The notes under the pieces: model-generated
Seen by the model: the letters and a program-made list of their open reading frames with translations, nothing else
Told to the model about the DNA's origin: nothing
Databases searched by the model: none
Shown here: piece by piece, positions 48,602-61,228 of the stretch
Layout of the letters: each line of letters starts with the position of its first letter
How positions within the stretch are numbered: position 1 is the first letter of the stretch
Source: Phoronis australis
Taxonomy: Eukaryota; Animalia; Phoronida
Length of the DNA stretch: 64,000 nt
Assembly: GCA_002633005.1 (NCBI GenBank)
Contig: NMRA01000115.1
Coordinates: 700,622 to 764,621, forward strand
Direction of reading: 5' to 3'
Position numbers and translations under genes: made by a program

Positions 48602-51241
48602 CCTTTGAAGGCCTAAATTTAGGACAAGTACATGTAGCTGAACAGCTTTACTTGCTGTTGGAATGAGTGATGATTAATGACAATTCAAATATTGAATAGT
48701 AAAACTCTCGTACTAGTAAGTTGGATCCAGCTACACTTAGAGATTTCTTCGGTGTGTCACAAAATCTGACTTCTCTGAAGGGCTAAATGCACGAACTAAA
48801 AGCAAACGTACCATATAGCCTTGTCAGAGTTAATTGAAAATCCGATTTGTGCTAGTTTTTCTGTACAGTATTGGGTTTGGCAAATGTATGCATGGTTCAA
48901 GGTTGAAACTCCCAGTCTTGCATTACTTTTAGTAAAAATACGATCCTGGTTGTCTTGGAGATACATTTTTGCATAATTACTAAATGTTCCCGTCGTTTCT
49001 ACCCCGTTTCTGTCCATGGAACAGTAGAAAGTAACTTGAGCAACCCAGCAAAATGCTGGCTTCTTGTTTCTGCATTCACTTTCATGGAGTGAACACAGTT
49101 ACTCGCTATTGCTATTGTACACAGTCTGTGTCAGTGAAAATAATTCACACATGGGAGGTTATTATGCAGACAAACTGGAAGTGTTGACATGGAAGTCATG
49201 ATTTTACAGTCAGCAGTGCTTGGAACCAAGTGGACTAAATCTATTGTTTTCATCATCAGGAACTCCTTCACAAGATTGTTTCACTCCATTTTGGAGCTGC
49301 TAATTATTAGTCATGGTTATGGCACTAAACGATGTAATGATAAAAACTGTATAAATATCTTGCTCCAACCAGCTTGTAGAGAATGCTGTGTCACAATCAA
49401 TTTCAATGACCTTGGTAAGATTTAAAATAATTTTATTTTTAATTAATAATGTCTACATAATATACAATGAAAGACAAACAGTAACAAACTCCTAAAATCA
49501 CTAATGATGTTATCACTCAAAGAAAATGTAAATTATAAATATCAGTAAAAATAAAAGAACATATTTACTTAAAATAGCTACATTTACCATACAATTGAAA
49601 CTCTTATAAAATTGCATTCTTTGTACAATTCTGTATACTCAGTCTGTTATTTCACTTTACAATTCTGCAGCACTTTCTACCAACTTATCCAGGAGCTCAA
49701 ACATTGATTACATTATATTACAATAGTTTTGGCACACAAAAACAAGCAGACAAGTTGATCTTTGTAGTTTGGCATAACTTTTGGCACAAACTTTGTCAGT
49801 ATGCATTCAAAAACGAATGTTAACTTAGTACATGCTAGCTTCTAAAACAGATAGTAAAAATAAAAATAATTACCCTTATTTTTCCTCGTGAGATCATCTG
49901 ATTTCTAAAGCTTTTTCAGACCAATACAAACTTCACATTATGTGAACTTAGTAAGATCACAGTAACCTTTATCAAATGTATCATTCAGCCAAGCTAGTCA
50001 ATAACGGCTGTTACATTTTCAAAATCTAAAAAGAAGTTGATTCTGAACATCAGGAAATACCTTTTGATCACATTACAACCAACCTTATTTATAACATTCT
50101 GTCCCTTACTTCACCTCAAGCCAACTGTCCTGTACACCAGGTGATATGGTAGCGGTGAATATCAGTTACTGGAACATTTAATGTCGCTTTCCCATGAACA
50201 CCACAATGAAGAACTCCCAATTCCTTCCCACTGACTTGCGACATTGAAGTTACCCTTTAGTTCTCTCGCTTAAACACCAGGTGGCATATTTGACTCGTAC
50301 TCTCAAACTAATGAAATCAGGAGTTAAATTAACATCTTGCACCATTGGTCATTGTTATTCTCTGTCAAATTTCTGTTCTCCAGTTCCTTTATGAGCAACT
50401 ATTGAGAGTGCGAAGACCGAATGTCTTGTTTAGTCTCGCATGATTGATGTCGCAAACAGTAGCTAAGTGGAGTCGCTTTATTCCACTATTTCGGGGAGGA
50501 GTTGCAACGGCTAATTAAGTCCATGAGTAACACTTTCCCATAGAGAAGAACTGCACAAAATGGGAATATTGGTGTTGGTGGTAAAACAATAGTAAAAACC
50601 TGAAATGGTTTGATACAATATGGTTCAATCGTAATATCAATACTCCAGTGTGCAATTTACATCAGATGTAATCTTCTGCAAGTCCACAAAAGCTGCAGTT
50701 ATCACTTGATTATCAAATTTGGACAAAGTTGGATAACCACAGCAGTGCAATTTCAGAAACAATCTGAAGTGTTGGATACTGTTTCACTATACAGTTGTTG
50801 GCAACAGTGGTTTTCCCATAAAACAACTGCATGTCTAAGTTTCTTGTTGAGTGCATTCTGGGGGTGTTGTGGACTTGATAAGTATCATTTGTGTCTTGTC
50901 AAATAATGTTTAATGTTCTCTATCAGTACCCAAAGGTCTGAAAAACATGTTGTAAACAGGTCTGTGCATTCTGGTAGTACCCAAAAAGTTACTGTTTCAC
51001 ACTGTCTGTTTCCCTTTGACTACAGACATGCTATTGTATAACGTATGGACTTTTAAGTAGTCATAATGCTACAGAATTTTTGTTTGAATGAAGCTGACAC
51101 TGTCAAAAACCTCCTAACTGTAAAGTAAATTGGTATTAAACAAATAATTTGTTGAATTTTTAAGGAGAAAACATGCATCAGCTTTTTCAAAAAAAAAACT
51201 TTGGTGGATGTTTTTAAATACCATTTCCAAGCACTGTGTTG

Positions 51242-54200
51242 TCATTTTCCACCTGCCATCAGCTTTACTCTACTCCCTTTGACTTTAGTTTCTTGCATCG
51301 ACCTGTCTGGCACTTGATTATCATTTAAGTCCTTCTTCGAAGCAGACCGCGGCCTTTTCTGCAAGTGTTGATCAGTGAAGCTGACTCTTTTCTTCGGTTC
51401 AGCTGAAAGAAGACGTGCTCTATGATGTTAACAAACAAAAAGCCTTTTTTGTGTACTTTGTAGAGCTTTAATGAGCTTGGGGCCACCAAGTTATCATGTT
51501 AAACTGGGACATTAACTTCACAATGTGTCTCGAGATGGAAACTTTTCATTTTGTTTCCAGACCATACAAAAGGCAACTTTCTGAAGCGTTGATAAGCAAT
51601 GGCACATACAGTATAAATAGCCACGCCCTGAATTCATTTTTCCTTTATTGCGGAGGTCGAAAACGCATTACACGACCAACATTTGTCAAGTACAACAACA
51701 TCATGTCCCACTCGGCTCGTCCAACTCTTGGGGTCGTCATTGCAGCTCACTGCATAACTGCACAATAATCACATAGATTTCGTGGCATGACAAACAAATA
51801 GTTATGAGCACTGAAGCAGAGGGCAACATGGAGACAAGAGCTCCAGTTGTGCATGGCATTGAGAGTATAAATACCAAGTAGTTCGGGATGTGGCTATTAT
51901 CTGATCTCATTCTAATGTTCTGAAGATGCAAGAATCTCATTCAAGTCGGCGAAATATCGACAAGGCATTACAAGTGAGGCGTGTGATTACATTTCTAGCT
52001 TTTTGTGAGTCTTCGTGGGTCTGTTAAATGCAACCCAGAGGACCACTCCAAGAAACAGACTTAAGTTTATTTGTACTTAAGTCTAAGATTTGTCGTAATT
52101 TCCAAACTACAAATCTTCCACATCAGGTATGGTAGTCAAAATTAAGGCAAAACTTATTATATATCAAAAACTTCAGTCAAACTTAAGACCAAAGACAAAC
52201 TTTTATCGTTTACCTTAAAATTTACTAAAATTTAAGATTTGTTTTAATTAACAGATACTAGGTGACATTCAAAATTTACAACAGATGCTGACCTCTAGGA
52301 GGAGTTTGGTTCCCTGGAACCACGATAAACTTGTCCTCATTTTCATCGATGGGCATCTCTGAAGTTTTCTTGTCTCCAAACTTCTTGTCAATAAGTTTCC
52401 TCTCCAAATTTTTCTGAGATTTCCTGGAAATACGTGACGTGGATGGATTACATGCAAGAAGTGAAAAGTAAAAACCAGGCAATATTTGTCAATTCTTTTG
52501 AGAAGTTTGGAAATTTCACAAAACAGCAAATTGTTTTATTTACCCACTTATACCAGTGCTGATAAAGACTTGTCTTAATTAATTAAGAGTTATATTCATT
52601 TGTTGTTATTATAGTAGAATGGCTTTTATTGAAAATCTTTAAATGTTCAAAATTTGGGCAAAAAGTAACCAACCAATTCAGACCAAAGTACATTTGCAAT
52701 CTAAATAGTTCTGTGCAGAGGAGATAATGATCTCCAAAATCAGGTCAACATTTCTCGTTCAATTTTAACATTTTTCATCAAAATCAGATTCGACAATTTC
52801 TGATAAATAAGCCAAGAATGATTAATATTTGAGCAATAACTACTAATTAAACAACATATTTGTGCCAAACTACACTCAATGTCCACACTGAATGATGCAG
52901 GCTATGTGAGCCCACAAGGCAGTACATCATTAGTGCAAAAGTCACCTATATTTTCGTTTTCACATTAACAAGTCTTCTATGAATACAACTGCACTTTGTT
53001 TAGCATAGAATATGTTAAAATAGCATTGTCGTTTAGTTCCTGTTACACATTAGCGTAGTCGAAAACATCATTTGTAACAAGATGATGATTTACTGTAAGA
53101 TAAATCATGCGATACCCTGAAAGCTTACTTTGCTTTAGAGTCATCAATCTTGGGGGGTGCTTTTGGCTTCTCATCACCTTGACCATTGATCACGCTGCCA
53201 TCTATTGACCCTGAAATGAAAAATACAAGAAAATGAAGGTTTAACTCGCTCAATGCCAAACATGCCATTCGGCAACTAATCCATCCACTGCCAAATGCAA
53301 TAATTGGAGAGTCAGTTAATTCTTAATGTCATGGGACATTTCTGCAGCTTAACGGCATCTTCAGACCGCAGGATGACAGTTTTACCAAATCCCGAACCAA
53401 ATTCAACATTTTTGATTTTTTCACATTCTTGGAGAATTTCTTCTTTTTTCTAACCTGTCAAATTAAGATTGAGACAATGTCTTATTCTGATTCAAAATCG
53501 GAGTTAGAAATGTCAGATGAAGAACTTATTACCAAAACCCTCTTCTGCTTCATCTTCCACCACCAACATGTTAGAAATTGAACCTAGTTTTCTAAGTTTC
53601 CTCAAAATTTAGTTGACACTGGGAATTATAATTCTAAAACACTTGACAAAGAAGGAGTTTATACCATAAGCAGTTCAAGGAAATGAAGGACCTAGTGTAA
53701 CATAAGGCACAAAAGCTGAGCAGTTCACAATTATTTGATTGTCAACAACACAATTTAACAAAATGCAGAACCAAATAAAATTTTAACGAATATGTTTAGT
53801 ATATCAATTTCAATAAACCATAGAAGCGTAGCTGTGTTTGGAAACAAGAACTTCTGGAACGCGGTCTTCTCCCACCTTGAAAATACATTATACTTTTTAC
53901 TGAAGTTTAATTAGTAACATACCATGTAATAGCTTAATACGCATGACTAGGAGCAATACTCAAGGAATGCCAAAGGAATTGTCCATGTGAACTATCAAGA
54001 GTTACTGAATGCTATCAAAGTGACCACCAGTTTTAATTGTGATTTTCATTTCAACAAAAACAAAACCCTTTCTTGTTCTTGTGCACATCCTAAATAAAAC
54101 TGGATATTTTTGTGTGTTTTGGTCTTTTCTTAGTACATAATAGTTAGTGCCATAAATGAATACCTGTTAAGGAATACCATTTTGTCACAAATGTGTCAAG

Positions 54201-55575
54201 CTTTACTCACAAAATATTATAAATGAGCTTGTCAGTTTTACTCAAATGTTTAAAACGAAAATTGGTACAGCATCACAATTAGTGGCTTGGACCCAAGTAC
54301 GTTATGCATATACATGTAGAAAAACCATGTGATATCCACTGTCAGTTAAACACTTACCAGCATCAGAGAGTGAGCTGAATGTGGACACATCAGTATTACT
54401 AATGATGTTATCTCTGTCGAGTGCAGCCACATATTTTGAGTATGTCCACGCAATCTTGTCGTCATTTCCTTCCTCTGAAACCTCGTCATCTAACAAGCTG
54501 GAGAAAGGATCGTGGAAGGCATCATGGTCACTATCTAAAGGAAGACCAAGTTTTCTTCGCCGCGCCGCTTCCTGTGATGAAAAAATATGCAACATACCAG
54601 TTGTAAGAGAGGCAGGTTTTTGAGTAATTGTTCTTATAACTTAAACGTAACAACTGTGGTGGGATAACGTGCCAACTGTTATTCTTTGGTGTAACATATA
54701 GTAATGTTACACCAAAAATAAAACACATTACCACAACATGTTCTCGAGTGCACTGAATGAAGGGAATTGTTGCAACATATACTCCCCAGTCTCAGGTAAT
54801 TAATCAGAGCAAACGCTTTAGAACATCAGTGGCCAGTTGTATGAAACAGTCCCAAACAGGGAATTTTATCTTTATTATGAGCTCTTCTTTGACTAATGGC
54901 ATTTTCTAATAATATAGCTAAAAACTGAGCCCTTAATTCAATCAAAACAGTTAGGGACTTAGTCCTTTAATTGGGGGCGTTGCATGAAAATATCCCTACT
55001 TATTTTTAGTAATATTTAGAATTCAATCTAGAGTTCACTCTCCATTTGTACAAAAGCCAAAAATTGGCACAGCAATGATACTCAAACAGCATAAGAAAGG
55101 ACAATCACTTTTCACAAGCCCACAAATACGCATTTGGGACTGTTTCATGCAACCGGCCACTGAGCTCCAGAGAAACCATAAGTGTAATCCTGCATACCTC
55201 TATGGCAGCTAGGAATATGTCAGCAAAGTTCTTCATTAATGGATGTTTTAAATGAAATGGTCAAATTGTTAGGATTTACATGTTAAGTTGTGTTATCAAA
55301 GGCTAAGTCAGCATTTACAGTGACAACGAATCATGGGGTTTCAAGACAAAACGTTTGTCAGTAATTACTGTTATCTGGAATCCCCAACTGAGAGCAACTT
55401 TATTTAATTACAGCATCAAGCCATCAAAACCTTTTTGAGTCTTGTGTGGATTAGTGAGACGCTGTCAAATTTATATTAATCAAATTCCATTCCCTTCCAG
55501 TTTTTCAATTTTCAAATTAAAAAGCAACCTTGCATTTCTTGTTTTTGACAAATGACAACATACTCCAAAAATCAC

Positions 55576-55612
<37 letters not shown>

Positions 55613-58600
55613 TAATTATATATATCACTACCAAGTGCTCCATGTAACAGCAGTTAGAATCGAACATGAAGCTGTGACCAGGTTCTAGGCCGATGTTTAC
55701 CCCGTTCCTACCAACAATGGAACCTTACGCTGGGCGTAAGACCTCGACCTATTTTGTGACCAATGTTTTTTTTTGTTGAAAGCACTTTATAAAACAGCAA
55801 CACTGCAGGTATACAGGAACTACTTTCCTTGATATACTTATACCCATTATAAATATTTAGAAGTTGTAAGGATATTCACCCTTTCCGCCTTCTCTTCTTC
55901 TTTCTTCAAGCGAGCATTCTCTTTTTGCCGAACCCGAGCACGCTGGCGTTCAATTGTTGGCATAATAGCTTCATCAGCCATGTTGGCTCTGTACTCACAA
56001 AAATCGTTCCATTGGTTGAACAGGATTCTGAAAACTGTGAGCTGCAACAACAACAAAATAATTACAAGTTACCTGCCTAAATCAGTCCGTCATTCAGGAT
56101 TAGATTCAAGATTCATGCTCACAAGGTCAAGGTTGTTGCAGAAAACTTTTTATTCAGATCAGCCTAAGAAGTCTTTCCTTTTTCAATAACACATATTTTG
56201 TAAGTGCAAACACACCTCAACTTTTAGCAAACATGATTGGATGATGAAACTAGGTCAAACATAAAACACATCATAAGGTAATATCAGAATGTAAAACTGT
56301 CAAGCACACAAAGCCCACAAGACATTCAGAACCCTGAAAAGAGGGTGACTTTAGAATTCTCAAAAAATAGCTTAAAACAAGAAATTGGCAAGAATTCCTT
56401 CGACGAATTTAATGTTTTTAAGAAACTAATTAAAAGTATATGATTCAAGAAATTCTCAGTAGTGCAATATTTCTGGAAAACTCATCCTGTCCTATGAGCA
56501 CAATCAACATTTTACAGCTTTAAGAACATGTTGTCAACACTTTTATTTTTTACTTCAGGTAAAAAACTTAGTTGGTTCTGGTCTCTACCCAGACTCATTT
56601 TAAGACCTGCTTTCATCAAATGAAAAGACCTGTCTGCATTAATTTCAGCCAAGGTCTCATGTACTTTTCAAAACCTACACAAAGGCATGTTAGCATGGGT
56701 AAACAAGGTTTGAAACACCATGATATTCTAAGCGATGAGCAAAAGCAAATCGTTCATCATCTTTGATCATTTTGGGTGTTTTTCTTTTGAAAAAGTGAGC
56801 AATTAAAAAAGTCCATACAACGGATTCAATATTATCAAAAGAACTACAGATCAGAACAAAGTTTGCTTTTTTTGGCCATGTGTGATAAGTAACATGTGAG
56901 CTCCATCATTTATAATACTTGAATGTGTGATGAGTAACATGTGTTCTCCATCATTTACTTGAATGTGCGATAAGTTATTGTGTTCTCCATCATTTATTTA
57001 ATATGTGTTAAGTAACATGTGATCTCCATCATTTACTTGATGTGTGATAAGTAACATGTGATCTCCAATGTGTGATAAGTAACATGTGATCTCCAATGTG
57101 TGATAAGTAACATGTGATCTCCAATGTGTGATAAGTAACATGTGATCTCCAATGTGTGATAAGTAACATGTGATCTCCAATGTGTGATAAGTAACGTGTG
57201 TTCTTCATCATGTACTTATGTGATAAGTAAAAATTGTGGTCTCCATCATTTACTTGATGTGAAATAAGTAACAGGACTTGTGAACTCCATTATTTACTAC
57301 TAAGTGTAATAAGTAACATGACTTGTGATCTCCATCATTTTACTCTACCTGGGCATCTCTAAACATATAAGGCCCAAGTTCTCTCCGCCTCTCAATAATA
57401 GTCTCGGCTTGCTCCGGAGCGATGTCAATCTGAAGGGAGGGTGGGATCTGGCTATCGATAAAGCAGTTAATGATTGCCATGATCTTTTGACGTACAAGTT
57501 CATCATCACTGTGGTTGTGGTACATTTCCTGAAAAAATATATTGTATATGATAGTATTGACTATATTTACAAGACATGCAGNCAATGTGTGATAAGTAAC
57601 ATGTGTTCTCAAATGTGTGATAAGTAATATGTGTTCTTCATCATTTACTTATGTGATAAGTAAAAATTGTGGTCTCCATCATTTACTTGATGTGAAATAA
57701 GTAACAGGACTTGTGAACTCCATTATTTACTACTAAGTGTGATAAGTAACATGACTTGTGATCTCCATCATTTTACTCTACCTGGGCATCTCTAAACATA
57801 TAAGGCCCAAGTTCTCTCCGCCTCTCAATAATAGTCTCGGCTTGCTCCGGAGCGATGTCAATCTGAAGGGAGGGTGGGATCTGGCTATCGATAAAGCAGT
57901 TAATGATTGCCATGATCTTTTGACGTACAAGTTCATCATCACTGTGGTTGTGGTACATTTCCTGAAAAAATATATTGTATATGATAGTATTGACTATATT
58001 TACAAGACATGCAGCTCAGATGGTTGACTTTTACAACCAATCTCCCTTTGACAGGGTGCCTTTTCCGACAAAAAGTCAATAGGAAAGGGACCTTATTGGT
58101 TTCTTTAACATTAAAAGGGTTCATTTTAGCAGTTTAGAACTTTGTAAGTTTTTTTTAAATTACACAAATCTACAGAAGGATTTTTAATATTGCCTATATT
58201 TTTATTATGACATTTCTGGTTCTGCTGTATCAGGTTTAAGAGTTCAAAAATTCCAAGATGCATTTTTGGAACAATACCCAACAAAACAGATTTTTTTCAT
58301 GGATGGCTTCTCATGAATGTGACCCCTTATACCAAGTCCCTCTGGAAATGGACAGGTATTCTAATTTCCCAGCAGCAATCCCGCCCCAAAACTAAGACAG
58401 AATCGTCGAGTAACCCAACCTTAATTTATCAGCTCTCAAAAACGAGGGTGTAAATAAAAGTCAAGCTCTTGTTAAGAAGTGATACGGTATTCAATCTGAT
58501 TTTTTCAGTAATACTGGAGTGATTTGCAAGCAAAATAAAATGCAGTTTAACAACCATATAAGAAAAGACCTTACTCAAGTCAACTCCATTCAGCTGTTTT

Positions 58601-59323
58601 GACTGATTCAACAATAGAACAAATCCACTTTATGACATCTTGAGAATTCCCGAAATGAACAAAAATGTCCAAAAACAAAATCACATGTGATTTTTTACTG
58701 TTTAAGGCTCCTGGCTCAGAGCACATGCACAGAGTGTCCCAAAACTTGATAACCAAAGTATTCAAAAAAACTGCCACAGTTGACTTTTGTTGCAGAGAGT
58801 TGGAATTTTGGCAAGAAACCCACTGTGCAGTTCAGATGTGCAAAGTGGAAAACGATTAGTGGATGTTAAGTGCGATTTGAATATAGGATACGCAGTAGCT
58901 CAATGAAATTCCTTATTCATGAAGCATGCGAAGGTATGTAGGAGTTGCATTTTTTCCAACTTTTTTACCAGCAAAAGAAACTCAGGGATTCAAGGAGCAC
59001 AACAAACCATTAGTTCTTCCTACATTCTCTGGTATTCCCATTTCAAAGTATTTTTGACCGTTTTGGGTCATCTTGTACATTGTAGAATCACATATCTGTA
59101 CACGCAGCTAAGTTCTTGTGGAGCGGCAAAATAAAAGGATAATGAATTGCACTGTATTTACCTTGTATCTCTGCACCTCTTGCCAGAACAAGACGTCATT
59201 TTCCAGAGAATCGCCCTTGATGGAGACAAACCTTCGAAACTGGAACGAAGTGATTGGATTCTGCAGACCCCTTCTAAACTGGATGATGTCACGCGAGGAT
59301 GATACAAACTTGCTCTCCAACAT
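51242..59323 (-). CDS. RGS22: Regulator of G-protein signalling 22, 3' part (last RGS domain and C-terminal tail); further exons upstream and beyond the window
   Basis: Phase-compatible exons 59323-59162 (NPITSFQFRRFVSIKGDSLENDVLFWQEVQRYK), 57961-57782 (IINCFIDSQIPPSLQIDI...ELGPYMFRDAQ; duplicated at 57528-57349), 56041-55880, 54571-54358, 53210-53129, 52423-52293 and 51402-51242 (stop). Closely matches the recalled human RGS22 C-terminal RGS domain. Candidate upstream exons near 59943-59879 and 62261-62219. Confidence 0.92.
54826..55163. mobile_element. MITE in an RGS22 intron
   Basis: TCAGTGGCCAGTTGTATGAAACAGTCCCAAA ... TTTGGGACTGTTTCATGCAACCGGCCACTGA (31-bp imperfect inverted termini). 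Confidence 0.75.
55586..55612. repeat. (CA)n microsatellite
   Basis: Direct observation. Confidence 0.95.
56878..57775. repeat. 28-bp minisatellite abutting the RGS22 exon donor site(s)
   Basis: ATGTGTGATAAGTAACATGTGATCTCCA with exact period 28 over 57061-57190, with longer variant units on both sides; interrupted by the duplicated exon. Confidence 0.92.
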
Positions 59324-61175
59324 CTAAAAACACGATTAAAGTACAATGAGTACCAGCATATCGTGAGGAAAAGTACAGCGAGTACCAGCATATTGTGAGC
59401 ACATCATATGGAGAGCCTTTTCCAGCTGCAGGTTATTGCTAGAGGACCGTGAGTGCCGTAAGTTATTACTGTGATCAGTGTTACATAAAGCTGTTGCTAC
59501 AGATTGTTGTCTTTTTGCCTTAAGTTGGCATTTTACAAAACCTGAAAGATTTTCATCACAGTTTCAACACACACGTTGACATTAAATTCAGTTACAGAAA
59601 CCAAATATGATATTGAGCTGCTCAACGGTCACTTTTGAGCTTACTAATCATGGTACAATCCACACCAAACAACATAAATGAGTAAACAAAACAATAAAAT
59701 GTTAATATATTTTCGCTTCCTTGACAATAACGAAATGTTCTTAGAAGAAAACAAACTGAACTGAAACAAATACAAAAACAGCAAAAACGATGGAACACCA
59801 ACAAGCAACAGTTCGGCAGCAGCAAAAGTATTAACAAACATGGCAGCAAATCATCACCGCGCCATAAGGATCAATGACCTTAGGTTTCATGCTACTACTA
59901 CGAGTACGTCTTCTGTCCTTGGATACACTGGGTTGTCTCACTATCTACAATACCAAATTTATACCTCCTACTTAATGTGTTTTGGAATCCTGACAACTAT
60001 AACTTTCAATTTAACTGGCAACACAATATGGTGAAAAATGAAATTTTAAGCGCAGTTCGTATTTCAAAATTCTAAGCTAAATCAGATATTTAGAGAGCTG
60101 CACCCATTGGGAGATTGGCGTGCACAAAAAACATTAAACATTGTTTGAAAATTGGCAAAAGAGCATAGATAATACAGAACCCTAGAAAATTTTCTATAAT
60201 TATTTGGATAACTTCGGAATGTTGTATCGCAAAAATAATCAGATAAGGTAACATATCACCAATTTAGGATGCAATATGGAAGACCAAGTGAAATTTCATA
60301 CATTCTCATTTTTATAAAGCATATGTAGCACCAAATCAATGCTTTTCCATGCTCAAATTCTGTAACCATGGCAAACAACAAACAATATTTTGAAAGTTGA
60401 TGGACATTCACAGCAGTGTTACAAGCCTTTGAGAAAGGAAAATGGGCAAATTTGACTCGTTGTTTTTCACGGACTTTACTGCACTGTGCTTTATACACTG
60501 TTCTCTAAAACATCTGGAATCGTTTTTAAAATGTTCCACCAGAGGACCTAAAAATAGGGACTTTTTTAAGAAAAATCATAATTTAAAACATGCGTTTTTG
60601 AAACTTCGGTCACGTTTATACCTAGTGTTTGGCTGGTGAACACTGAATGTGCCTTTCATTTTAATTTACTATTTTTTACCATAACGACAAGTCATTATCA
60701 CATGACCCAATCAATGGCAGACTCAGGTATTAAGCCAAAATTCAAATTTTACAGGTTTGCTACTTTCAAGAAATATATAGTAATTTTGCCAACACATATT
60801 CTATATTTTGGTAGAGGCCATAAATAGCCGCAAAGATTCCTTTGGTCCATATTTGAAGTGTCTTTACCCATTCCAAAACAAAGTAGCTGTGTGTGTCAAA
60901 TGGTACAAAACTGCGTAAATAGTCTTCATACAGCTGGCTGGCTGGCTGGCTAGTAATGGCTGCACACATTTGGGGATTTTGATACATTATTGTTATTATG
61001 ATTACTATTATTATTATTGCAATTACTATCTAATTGATATCGTTATTATTATGGAGTTATAAACCAGAACTTTGGGGTGAATCAACCACAATGTTAACAT
61101 CTACTAAGGGTACTAGTAATGCTGTTTAACCTGTTGTTTCATAATTGTTTCTTGAACTTGTAATTACCTCAACAA

Positions 61176-61228
61176 GATTTGAACCCAGTCTCCCATTTCG
61201 CAAGCCTCAACTTAACCACTGCGCCACC
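61176..61228 (-). repeat. tRNA-derived SINE head or decayed tRNA pseudogene
   Basis: Minus strand GGTGGCGCAGTGGTTAAG...GGGTTCAAATC: Pol III A-box and B-box at tRNA-like spacing, but no clean acceptor or anticodon stems. Confidence 0.45.

Noticed and set aside
55640-55715. Second tRNA-derived SINE upstream of the (TG)n tract
   Set aside because: Only a B-box-like GTTCGATTC is convincing; too degenerate to call.
56878-57330. CRISPR-like array of 28-bp repeats
   Set aside because: Units are head-to-tail without unique spacers, there are no cas genes and the context is a eukaryotic intron; it is a minisatellite.
61176-61228. Functional tRNA gene
   Set aside because: A and B boxes are present but cloverleaf stems do not pair; kept only as a SINE-like remnant.
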